A stretch of DNA of 63,530 nucleotides, filler included, from Chrysochromulina tobinii (Eukaryota), in NCBI GenBank assembly GCA_001275005.1. It is 6 parts of 6 records of this genome, joined end to end, with 100 filler letters (N's around TTAATTAATTAA, not from the genome) between each part and the next. Parts side by side here need not be neighbours in the genome. Positions count along the whole stretch, not along the records: positions 26,703 to 34,948 come from JWZX01000195.1; positions 35,049 to 51,916 come from JWZX01000196.1; 4 more parts are not named here. The stretch is one strand, 5' to 3'. The translations under genes and the position numbers were made by a program. Shown here in pieces: positions 34,001 to 44,286 of this stretch. The stretch's first letter is position 1. Every line of letters begins with the position of its first letter. The notes under the pieces are model-generated. The model did not search any database, had not been told where the DNA came from, and saw nothing but the letters and a program-made list of their open reading frames with translations.

Positions 34001-34948
34001 CGCTCGGGGCCCTAAATACCTGCATGCGAGTGCTCACCACGACGCCCTTGCTCCTCTCCCCACAGGTGTGCGAGCGACGCTGGGGGCGCGCTTTCGCCCG
34101 TTTGAGCGCCGAGGCACCCGACGGCCGCCTCGAAGCCCTCGAGCTGAGTGACACGCAGCCTGGGGTGGAGCCGCTGCAGGCCGTGCAACTAGCGGCGGCC
34201 GCACCAGCACAGCGGGCGCTCCGCCGGCGTGTGCTGGCGGCGCTCGCCGATGCAGCACCGCCCCCTGGGCTCGCCTCGGTGGCGATGCGTGGAGTGGGCC
34301 TCGGCGATGCCGAGCGTCAGTTGCTGCTGCGCCTCGTGCGTCACCACCCACGACTGGCGACGCTGGACATCCGTCACAACGCCCTCTCGCCGCCAGCCGT
34401 TGAGGAGCTTGGGCGCCTCGTGAGCGCGTGTAACCGCGAGCGCCTCGCCGCCGGCATCGCGGCGCCACTCACCCTGCTGTGCCAGCCGATGCTTGCGCGC
34501 CCTGCGCTGGCCGGCGAGGCGGGTGGCCAGCAGCCGCGTTTCGGTAGCGCGCAGCACTGGGGCACGCGCGCCCTCGTGTACGCCGCGTTCGCCCTGCTCG
34601 CCGCCCTCACCGTCGCGGATGTGCGCTCGCTCCATAGCTCCATCTCAGCAGATCTGCCTCACTCGCCGGCAGGGCGCCTGTGGAAAGGCTCGAAGGGTCT
34701 GCAGTGGCCCGCGATGCCGCCGCCGCCGCCGCCGCCCCCGCTGCCACCGGGCTCTCTGCCGCCTCGACGTCTGCCGCCCTCGCCGCAGCCGCATCCCCCT
34801 TCACCGCCCGTGCCGCCTCCCATGCCCGATGTGCCCCTGCCCTCGTGGATGGCCTCGCTTATCTCAGCCTTTCAGCAGCCGCCGCTGCCGTCTGCGCCGC
34901 CGCAACCCGCACCGCCTCCTCCTCCGCCGCCGCCGCCACCGCCGCCCC
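31072..34948 (+). CDS. Divergent myosin motor domain + RNI-type LRR + TM + Pro-rich tail; introns 33790-33871 and 33989-34065; 3' truncated
   Basis: Myosin landmarks in the correct order: LLSVNP, VVGESGSGKSE, NPNSSR, NFHV, LLDTPGLE, NYAAERL, VAHYAGLVTYD, YILCLRP and QLESFRVLE. These are followed by LATLDIRHNALS and hydrophobic ALVYAAFALLAALTV. Confidence 0.78.
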
Positions 34949-35048
34949 NNNNNNNNNNNNNNNNNNNNNNNNNNNNNNNNNNNNNNNNNNNNTTAATTAA
35001 TTAANNNNNNNNNNNNNNNNNNNNNNNNNNNNNNNNNNNNNNNNNNNN
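34949..35048. other. Artificial contig spacer
   Basis: N44-TTAATTAATTAA-N44. Confidence 0.99.
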
Positions 35049-35424
35049 GGCGAGGGGAAGGCGACGCTCGGCGCCTGGGTCTAGCCCTAGTGCGCTGCCG
35101 TGCCCCGGTAGTCCACTGATCGGCCTCAGCCCCGCTCGTCGTCACCTGGACGTCTTGACACCTATGCACGCGGAGGCGAGCCGCGCGTGCACAGTCATGG
35201 GAACGGGCGTGGGGAGAGCGACGCTCGGCGCCGGGGTCTAGCGCGTCTCCGTGCCCGCCGAATATCTTGGGTGCGAATTCCGAGCGGACGAAAAGCAACG
35301 GAATATCTTGGGTGGACGGGTGTGAAGGTGTGTGCGTGAATGTGATTGAGTGGGGTTAATTAATGGGCCGGGTTGAAGGGGGAGTCACAAAAGTACCCCG
35401 CAACGCCCCGGGTCCCCGCGTCTA
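35049..35424. repeat. Probable interspersed repeat remnant at contig end
   Basis: Internal direct repeats (GCGACGCTCGGCGCCKGGGTCTAGC x2; GAATATCTTGGGTG x2), no credible ORF, and the assembly breaks here. Confidence 0.35.
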
Positions 35425-38112
35425 CTACACAGCACCATCCTTTCGCGTCGCAAGCGCCGTGACAATCAACTGCCGTTCGTACAAGTAGAGATACTTCTCA
35501 TCTGGGGTCTCCTCGGCGTACCGCTTCCAAGCCGTGAGACCAAAAGGTGGAGCCTCGAGGTTAATCCTCTGATAGTCGCCCGTGGCGATGTCCATGTTGG
35601 TGCCGACGGGCTGGGGTGAGTAGCCTATCTGTCCCGGCTGCACAGCTGTCGGGTACGAGCCCAAGAGAAGATACGGCGCGTCGGTCTCAGCGAAGCGCCG
35701 CAGGATCTGGAACACGTCAGCAAGCGAATTGTGCTGCAGCGCGTCGCGAGAGAAGATGAGCTGATAGCCACGTGGCAGCGGCTCGTGTACCAGATTCATT
35801 CGCTTGAAGCGCAGACGCGGCGCGAGCGAGCTGTGGGCTGCCGAGTTGGCGGCGATCACACTTCTTGCGACGTCGACGCCGAGGTATCGGAACACAGGGT
35901 TCTGCTCAAGCAACGTGTGCACCATTGGCGTCTGCCACACAAAAGCGCCGCAAGGCGCGTCCAAGACCGAGGACACGTTCAGCTCGCGAATGACCTGCAT
36001 GAGCACACGCTTCGCGCCCTTGGCGTATTCGATGCTCGAGCCGAGTCCGGACCCACCACCGGCTGGTCCCCACTGTTTGCCCGCGTAGATGCCATCGAAC
36101 ACGGAGTGGCTGTTGTTCCAAGTCCGGCCGACCTTGGCCGACTTTCGCCGATGGGTTGTTGACGGGGACACACGCCGTGCTGGGACTTGCGGGCTGTCAG
36201 GCCGCGTGGCGACAAAGTCAATGATCTGGTGCGGCTGCGCGTCCAGCTCACGGAATCGCTTCAGGGTCGCTGGCTGCGGGGGCGCGCCAGTCGTTAACGT
36301 CTCGGCGAGAACAAAGCCGTGTTGTACCAAGAGGCAGAAAAGGGACGCCGCCGACGTGTTCTGCGCATGCAGCCACTTGGGCGCCACCTCAAACTTGACG
36401 TGCTGGATTGCGCCAGCCTGCAGCAACCGCCGTGCGCCGTGTAGAAGCTGCGTCTCGAGCCCCTGCACATCCATCTTGAGCACACCAATGCGTGGCGCCG
36501 GCTTCGTCTCGTCTGGCCAGAGCATCTCATCGAGGGTGACGACCGGCACTCGCTGCTTCGGCCCTGCGCGCCGCATGGCTACCTCCTGCTCCGCAGTGTC
36601 ACCGACTGGTAGGCCAACCACCGTGTTGCCCGGATTCGCATCGGTGTACAAGACCGATACGCGCCGTCGCGCGCCGAGTGCGACTGGGTGGAGCGTCAGT
36701 TTCGCGCCAAAACCAGGGCCGTTACGGAGCACGGCCGACGTGAAGTAGTACAGGTTGGCAGCGAGCGGCTCGAAGGCCACCGTCGAGGCCCCGATCGCGA
36801 GCATGAGCAGCGAGCACGAGCCTGTGTTCGCGCCCGCATCGACGAACAACGGTTGCGCAGATGTGCCTGAGGCGGTGCCGTTGCCGGAGGTTTCGGCGTA
36901 TGTGGCAGCGGTGGCATCAGCAGTAGCACGGCGCCAGAGGGGCACCAGCGCGTCGCAGTCGGGCCAGCGGCCTTGCCTACGAACAGCGGTGCTCAGCACG
37001 TCCGCGTAAGGCCGCAGGCATTGGACATACGGGCTCACCCCGACCGCGGTGTACGTGCGGACGGTGAAGGGAGAGCAATCCTCTAAGCGAGCCAACGCGT
37101 GGGTAGGGGCCGCGAGGGGTTCGCGCCCAGCCCACGGGCGCTGCTGCCACGCCTCCAGGCTTGACGTCTCCGCTGCCGAGGAGCCTGCGTCGCCTGCGTC
37201 GCCTGCGTCGCTGCCTGCCTCGTCGGCAGCGATGGCCCTGCAGCTAGACGCCGAGCTCGCATGGCGCCCCATGTGTGCCGCGTACGGAGGCGCACCCGCC
37301 GGCGGGCGCGTGCGAATCCACGAGAGCTCGAGGCACGAGGCGATCGGCGGCTGCCCCGGCCCGAGCTGCGTCAAGTTGGCAAACGAGTTCGCAGTCGAGT
37401 GGAAGAGCGAAAACGACCGACTTTCGAGCTCATCCACGAGGGTTGCAAGGGCCGCGGCACCACCGAATGCATCCCACTGCTCGAACCAGCTGCTGCCTAT
37501 GTGTGCCTCGAAGAGGATCTGGTCGACGCGATCGAGCGTCCCGTCGGCCACCGCTGCAGCCAGCGCCTCCCATTCGAACGATTCCACATCGATCTTGAGC
37601 AGCGTCAACCGCTCGTGCCGAAGCTCGTGCATCACTGTGCGCAGCGTCGCCACGCGCCACGGCCGGCGCATCTCGCTGTCGGTGCGTCCATTGCGCCACC
37701 CGATGCCGCGCGGCTCCACTCGCTCGCCGTCCGAGCCCGCCAGGCCGGTGGGCTGAAACCAGACGGCTCCAGGCTGGTGCACGTGGGCTGCCAGGCCCAT
37801 CGTCGGGTCGAAGGAGTGCACCGAGCAGCCAATCCCCTTCACGAACGAGCCGCTAAGCCCAAAGTAATCTCCCTGGGCCATGGCTTCGTCGAAGGACCAG
37901 TCGCCACCTATCCCGAAACTGTAGACGACGCAACCTGGAGCAGTCAGGATGCCCTGATCAAAACACACCGACCAAGCGCCGTCGTACGAACCGTCAGCTC
38001 TTTGACCCCAAAGCTTCGAACCGCCGATGGCTCTCTCGAATGAGCAGCTGTAGGTTGGGGTCAAGAGTCGATCGTGTAACGACGAGGCCAGACCCACGAT
38101 GGACCTTCGCAT
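35425..38112 (-). CDS. Triple SAM-dependent methyltransferase fusion (METTL24/Methyltransf_22-like + FkbM + class I MTase)
   Basis: Domain 1: VVYSFGIGGDWSFDE...FDPT...LLKIDVE. Domain 2: FVDAGANTG...AFEP...TLDE...LKMDVQG. Domain 3: FDGIY..KQWG..GSGLGS...VLDAPCG...LIFSRDALQH. Confidence 0.85.
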   Translation of the reverse strand: MRRSIVGLASSLHDRLLTPTYSCSFERAIGGSKLWGQRADGSYDGAWSVCFDQGILTAPGCVVYSFGIGGDWSFDEAMAQGDYFGLSGSFVKGIGCSVHSFDPTMGLAAHVHQPGAVWFQPTGLAGSDGERVEPRGIGWRNGRTDSEMRRPWRVATLRTVMHELRHERLTLLKIDVESFEWEALAAAVADGTLDRVDQILFEAHIGSSWFEQWDAFGGAAALATLVDELESRSFSLFHSTANSFANLTQLGPGQPPIASCLELSWIRTRPPAGAPPYAAHMGRHASSASSCRAIAADEAGSDAGDAGDAGSSAAETSSLEAWQQRPWAGREPLAAPTHALARLEDCSPFTVRTYTAVGVSPYVQCLRPYADVLSTAVRRQGRWPDCDALVPLWRRATADATAATYAETSGNGTASGTSAQPLFVDAGANTGSCSLLMLAIGASTVAFEPLAANLYYFTSAVLRNGPGFGAKLTLHPVALGARRRVSVLYTDANPGNTVVGLPVGDTAEQEVAMRRAGPKQRVPVVTLDEMLWPDETKPAPRIGVLKMDVQGLETQLLHGARRLLQAGAIQHVKFEVAPKWLHAQNTSAASLFCLLVQHGFVLAETLTTGAPPQPATLKRFRELDAQPHQIIDFVATRPDSPQVPARRVSPSTTHRRKSAKVGRTWNNSHSVFDGIYAGKQWGPAGGGSGLGSSIEYAKGAKRVLMQVIRELNVSSVLDAPCGAFVWQTPMVHTLLEQNPVFRYLGVDVARSVIAANSAAHSSLAPRLRFKRMNLVHEPLPRGYQLIFSRDALQHNSLADVFQILRRFAETDAPYLLLGSYPTAVQPGQIGYSPQPVGTNMDIATGDYQRINLEAPPFGLTAWKRYAEETPDEKYLYLYERQLIVTALATRKDGAV

Positions 38113-38432
38113 TTTCGGCTTCCAGCCAGGCCAAATCCAAGTGATCTAACGATAAAACGCGGCTCGCCCGCACGTCTACGCCAGCACAGCTTGCGTGCCC
38201 GCGCGGGCTGCCCCACTGCCCGGGGAAACCATGAAGAAAAAGTCAATCGGACCGTGAAGTCGAACGGCGGGGTCAAGCATTGGGGTCTTGGCGTGGGGGT
38301 GAAGTAGTTGAATTTGTGAGTTTCGTCAGTGGCAAACTTGCGCGACGAACGCCCCGATCGTGTTGGGAATCATCGCGGTGCACGCGCGCTTTTTCTCTTG
38401 CCCGTTGACGCGCGCGCGTACGTGAGTCGTCG

Positions 38433-39392
38433 ATGGTTGAGACATCTGAGCGTTTCCTCAAGCTGCTCGACGTACGCACCGAGCTCGAGATGGCTAAGAC
38501 GAATCTGAAGGTGTCGCTGGACAACGTGGATTACCTGACCGAGCTCCTCGAGGCAGCCAAGGCGGTGGCGGCTGCACCAGCATCGGCTGAGAACGCTGCG
38601 GCGGCGAGTGCTCAGGTGGCCGCGGCGGTGGAGGCGGCTAGGAAGGAGGCCAGGGAGGAGGCGCTCGCGGAGGCGCGTGCCCTGATGGCGGTGGAGATCA
38701 CGGCAGCGCGCGCAGAAGCGACCGCGGAGGCGGAGGCGGCCGTGGCCGAGAGGCTTGTGGCAGAGGTGGAGGCGGCCAAGGCGGAGGCGGAGGCGGCGGC
38801 GATGGAGGAGGCGGAGGAGATGATCCGCGCGGCCGTCGAGGCTGCCAAAGCCGAAGCGGCGGCCGAGGCGGAGGCGGCGACGGCGGCGGCCGTGGCAGCA
38901 GCGGTGGCGTCGGCGAAGGCGGAGGTGCGAGAAGCTCCGACCTCAACGTCAGCAGCAGCAGCGGTCGAGACAGAGGCGGAGGCCGCCTACCGCCGCCGGA
39001 AGGCGCAGCTGAATGCGGATGCGCTCGCGACCGCGGCTAGAGAGGAGGCAGCCGCGCGTCAGAGCCTTATCGACAGGCAGGCGGCGGCGGTGGCTGCAGC
39101 AGTTGCCAAGGCTCAAGGTGCGGCGCCGGCGCCGGCGGCCGCCGACGCGGACGGCGCGGGCAGCGAGGCCAGGCTGGCGGAGGTGCAGGAGGGCAGCGAG
39201 GCCAGGCTGGCGGAGGTGCAGGAGCAGCTCGAGAAGGCGATCGCCGACAAGGAGGCCAAGGCGGCCGAGCTCCTTAAGACGCAGGAGATGCTCGCCCGGG
39301 TGAAGATGGAGAAGATTGAGCTGCTCGAACAGCTGAGCCATCCACCAGCTCAGCCGGGGTTCAGCAACCCTTTCCAGAAGAAGAAGAAGTAG
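38433..39392 (+). CDS. Ala/Glu-rich coiled-coil protein
   Basis: 319-aa ORF with heptad-like composition and host-like codon usage. Confidence 0.65.
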   Translation: MVETSERFLKLLDVRTELEMAKTNLKVSLDNVDYLTELLEAAKAVAAAPASAENAAAASAQVAAAVEAARKEAREEALAEARALMAVEITAARAEATAEAEAAVAERLVAEVEAAKAEAEAAAMEEAEEMIRAAVEAAKAEAAAEAEAATAAAVAAAVASAKAEVREAPTSTSAAAAVETEAEAAYRRRKAQLNADALATAAREEAAARQSLIDRQAAAVAAAVAKAQGAAPAPAAADADGAGSEARLAEVQEGSEARLAEVQEQLEKAIADKEAKAAELLKTQEMLARVKMEKIELLEQLSHPPAQPGFSNPFQKKKK

Positions 39393-40058
39393 CGGCGCGA
39401 CGCCGGAAAGCGGAACCCGACCTCGGAGCGCTATCGGAGCGTGCTGATTCGATTGGCTGTGTGAACCGCGAAGAGTCTAGAGTGAGTGACGGTTTTGGCT
39501 GCGGTATGCCGCGTATGCGTCCGTTAACATAAATATCCATCTTACATAACGACACGTGCTGCGCGGCATGGCCGCGCACGCCGCACCCTCGGCGCACACA
39601 CGCAACGCAGCGACGGTCTTTCACCGCCCGGTCCCGCAACTCTATTCCCCGATAAACGAACAGCCTCCGCACACGGCGCAAGGGGCTTGGCTGCCGGCGT
39701 GCAAGCGGAGGAACCTTCGGCTCCGCCCGCAGCACCAGCGCGACCGACCTCTAAAGGATGATGATCACCGAAGAGTACAGCTTGCCAGGAGGCACTCCGC
39801 ACACAAGCAGGAGCTGGCAAGCAAGTTCGCGGTACGGCAGGGCACAACGGCCTACATGCTCGCGCGGGCATGGGCAATGGGGGCGGCTTCGAGGGAAGCG
39901 CCCAACGACATGCCTTCATGTCGTGGGCCCTTCGGCGCGTGGCTCTGTCTCGATGCCGCCCCTATACCCATTCCCACAGTCTCCACGGGAGGGGCGCGTC
40001 AGCGCGTGGGTCGCGGACTCCAGCCTTACTTAAGTAGAGGCAGCCCGCGAGCCTGCCT

Positions 40059-43000
40059 CTACTGCTCCACCAAGAAGCCCGCGGCCTCGAGCTCCTCGTC
40101 TGTGTAGCACTCGATGCCCGACTTGCGCTTGTCCGCAATCTCCTTCTTGATCTTCTTGAGCTCAGCCTTCGAGGCGGGCTTCTTGGCCTTCTGCACCTTG
40201 ATCTCGTTGCCCTGGCCGTCGATGTACGAGTCTGCCTGCTTCTCGAGCTTGGCAGCCTCTTTGTTGGCCGACTCGAGCCAGTCGTACGAGCCCTTGAGGT
40301 TCAGGGTGTGGTTCTCGAGGTGCCACACCTCAGGGCACACTTGGTCGACGAACTGCGCGTTGTGCGAGATGATCACAATGCCGCCCTCGTACGCGTTAAT
40401 GGCCTCGGCCATTGCACCGAGCGAGTCGCGGTCGAGGTAGTTGGTCGGCTCGTCGAGGATGACAATGTGCGGAGTGTTCCACATCGAGCCCGCGAGCACG
40501 ACCTTGACCTTCTGGCCGCCCGACAGGGCACCCATGCGCGAGTGCGTCGCGAACTCGGCCTCGAGGCCGACGTCCGCGAGGTGCCCTTCGACCACCTTCT
40601 GGGTCAGGGGACGCACGAGCTGGGTCGCCTTGGCGGCGATGCGCTCGTCGCAGTGCTTGAGCAGCTTGACCCACACGGGCCCCGCCGCGACGAGCTTGGC
40701 GCGCGACACCCACGTGGTGAAGTTCATGTCGCCCACCCAGTTGATCTCGTACTCCTGCTCCTTGGACTTTTGCATCTGGCGACGGCCGTCGGTGAAGCGG
40801 TTGAAGACGCGCTTCTCTTGCTTGATGACCTTGGCGCCGTTCTTGTCGACCGCCTCCACGTCGATGATGAACGGCTTCTTCATCGCCTCCTCATCCTCGG
40901 GCGTGAGCTTCGTCGTGACCTTCTCCACACCCTCCTTATCCGAACCGTGCTCGTAGCGCCAGCGGATGTACTCGTTGGGGGTGAGGTCGAGGTGGTGCTC
41001 GATGTGGTGGAACGCGTGCTGCGCCACGTAGGCGACGCGCGCGTTCGGGTGCTTCCACACCTCGCCGGAGCCCTTGTCGGGCTCCAGCTCGCCCGTGAGC
41101 AGCTTGATCATCGTGGACTTGCCCGCACCGTTGGCGCCGATGCACGCGGCGCGTGTCGCGAGCGAGACACGCACTGTCACACCGGTAAGCTGCGCCTTGG
41201 GCGCGCCCGGGTACGTGAACGAGATGTTGGTCATCTTCATGATGTGCTTCCCCTTGGACGAGACGCCCTCGAGCATGCCCGGCGTCGGGAAGCGCATGTG
41301 GAATTTGGTCGCCTTGAGCTCGAAGTACGAGAGCAGCGCGGGCACGTGGTTCTCGGCCACGTAGCTCAGGTTGCCCTTGAACATCTTCAGCTTCAGGTTC
41401 TCAATGTGGAGCACGTGCGTGCACACCTGATCGAGCACCTTGATGTCGTGCGACACGATGATGGAGGTCACGTGCGTGAGCGACGTCAGGTAGTCGATGA
41501 CCCACTTGACGTTGCCCGGGTCGAGGTGGTTGGTCGGCTCGTCGAGGAGCAGGATGTCGGCCTTCATGAGCATCGCACGCGTGAGCGCGACCTTCATGCG
41601 CCAGCCGCCCGAGAGGCGGCCGACCTGCTTCGTCAGGTCGGCGGCGGGCATCGTGCCGTCGGGGTTGGGAGTCGCGTCCTCGGCGAAGCCGACCGAGAGC
41701 AACTTCTCACGCGCCATCGCCTCCGTGACGCCATAGTGCTTGAGGCCAGCGTGGTTCGCGACAAAGTCGAGCACCGAGAGCTCCGAGAGGAGCTTGCCCG
41801 ACCCGTCCTTGGCCTCGCCCTGCACGTCCGTCTCGACGAACATCGTGCGGAGCTCGGTCGGCGGGGGGAAACCCTCGACCTGCTGGTTGGCGATCGCGCG
41901 CATCAGAGAGGTCTTGCCCGAGTCGTTCTTGCCGCACAGGCCGTACCGGAAGCCACGCTTGAGCTTGAGCACAGTCTGATTGAGGAGTACCTTGTTGCCG
42001 TACGCGAGCGAGAACTGGCAATCGCACAGCTGCTCCGCATCGTCCACCTCCTCCTTCTCCTCTTCAATATGCACGTCCTTGGCGCACACCTCGAGCCAGC
42101 TCTTGACGACGCCCTCAATCTTGGCCGCCGGGAGCGTGAGCTTGAGGTGAGGCGTGAGGGCCGTCTTCCACAGCGCCTCGTCGAGCAGCTTGAGGTCGAG
42201 CATCGAGAGCGCGAGCCCGACGGCGTAGTTGGCCGTCGCCTCGTGGAGCTTGGCGCCGGCCGCCGCCGTGTTCAGGCTCGCAAGCACCTTGGCACGCTCG
42301 ATGCGCGCCCAGATCGGCGCCTTTTTCGAGGTGAGCTCGAGCTGCGAGTACGCCTTCTCGCACACGTTGCGGCACTCGGGGTCTGACACCTCCTCCTTGG
42401 CGCGCTTGAGCTGCGGCAGCAGGATGGGCACAAAGGGCTCGATCTCGTACGGGTCGTCGACGAGCTTCGACATGTTCTCGACGATGCGAGCGACCTGCCC
42501 AAATGAAGAAGGCGTGCGGGGCGAGCTCAGAGAAGAGAAGAGGGGCGGGCAAGAGCAAGCGAGCGAGCGAGCGGGGGCAACGAGCCGAGAGACCGCAGCG
42601 GCAACGCGGACGGCAGGAAATGTGCGCATGCCGTGCACCAACATGCACATGCCGCACGCCGCGCATGGACCGGCATTCGTGCCATTTGGGACAGAGCATG
42701 CTCTCTTGGGCGGGGCCGCGGCGCACGTTGCGCTTGATGGAGGTCGTCGGCTCGTCCATGCCGCGCTTGAGGAGCGGGCACATGATCGCGAGCGCCGAGC
42801 CCTCGATGTCCTGCACGAAGACGACACCCGCGAGCTTGTGCACGGTCTCGGCCACCTTTTCGGGCTCGAGGATACACTGGATGATCTCGGGGATCGTGTC
42901 CTTGATGTCCTTGTTCTTGCACGTGGCTGCGCACGTCTGCATAGCCGCGGTGGCCTCCTCCTTCACCTGCGGCTTCACATCCCACATCAGCGTCGAGAGC

Positions 43001-43494
43001 ACCGGGATGATGTCGTTGATGCATCGCCCAGTCTGAGCCGGGAACGCCTTGGCGATCATGCCGATCAGCTGCGCGCGCCCTAGGTTGGTCTGCCACTTGC
43101 TCTCGTACTCAGCGAGGAGCATGGGCATGACGCTCTTCACGCCGTGCTCCGACAGCTTGGAGATGAGCGACTGCGCAAACTTGTCGGCCTCGAACGAGAC
43201 GGGTTTCAACTTGTCGGCGAGAGCCTCGAGAGCGTCGGGGAGGAGAGGCACGAGCACCGACTCGGCCGCGTGCCCAAACTTGGCGTGCAGGGCGCAGAGG
43301 AAGCCAAGAGCTCCCGCGCGCCCGTTGGCCGCCTGCTTCGACTTGTCCGCGATCACCGCCTTGAGCGAGGCCAGCGTCGCGTCGATCTTCACGAGGTCAG
43401 CCTCGGAGAGCTTGTCCATGATGGCCTTGCACTCGGCCGCGCGGTCCTCTGGCGTGGAAGTCGCCAGGAGCTTGGTGGTGTCGATGGTCGCCAT
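40059..43494 (-). CDS. YEF3: Translation elongation factor 3 (eEF3; HEAT repeats + two ABC domains with chromodomain insert); intron 42495-42726
   Basis: HEAT KWQT...LMWDVKPQVK; LCDCQFSLAYGNKVLLN; GKNDSGKTS, LSGGWRMK, LLLDEPTNHLD; GANGAGKST, YVAQHAFHHIEHHL, LSGGQKVKVVL. Confidence 0.93.
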
Positions 43495-44286
43495 GGTGCT
43501 TCTTGTTTGGGTGCGACTCTGCGTGCGCAGGCGGGTGTGCAGGCGCCCGTGAGTCAGATCGTAAGGCTGGTGTTGCTGCTGCTCCTGCTCTGTGCGCGCG
43601 CAAACGACATGGTTGTTCAGGCGGGCCGAATCGGCGCGCGAGCGGCCCAGCGACGCTGTGGCAGGGCTTCTGAGGCGCAGGCACAGCTCCGCTCGGGCAC
43701 CAGCGCGCGCGGCGCGCGCGCAGCTCCGCACAGGCACCAGCGCGCAGGCGTGTAATGACGGGAGTATCCCCGGGTTCCGGGAGAAGAAAGGATATCGTGG
43801 GCCGCAGCGCGTTTGGCAAGGTACGGCGAGCGCTGGAGGTTGCGCGGCGCGCGGCGCAGGCCCGGGGCCACCTTGGGCCACGGACTCCACGGAGCTGCGA
43901 CCCCGAAAGAGTTCTTTCATCAATCAGCATCGCACCTTTTAATATTGCTTGATCGTCGGGGCCGATGTGATGAGGCGTCCAGGCCGACGAAAACAAGATC
44001 TCGCCTCGGTCTCGTCGGCACACTTTGACGAATTGTTTTTCGTTTTTGACGAAGCATGATGATGAAACACTCCAAATTTGGTCGTTAGTCTCGATGAGTC
44101 CATAAAATGAACAACTTTCGCTCGTCGACATAGCTCTGCGCACCGCGAGAACGCGCCGCCGGGAGGTCTCGAACGCCCCAACGAAACGCTACGTTCCCGG
44201 CCACTCTCCACTCAAAAACGCGCCTCTCACCCTAACTCTCACCCGAATAAATTCCCGTCGCCGTTGCCGCCGGCGTCAACGACCTT

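Noticed and set aside
40308..42386. Long antisense ORFs (also 2426-3616, 26984-28393, 53918-54862)
   Set aside because: Shadow frames caused by high GC3 opposite well-conserved genes.
42495..42726. eEF3, UBE2J, DUF1415 and MBD-gene introns as junction-duplication introns
   Set aside because: No meaningful copy of flanking exon sequence and no tandem filler. They look like ordinary introns and serve as an internal control.
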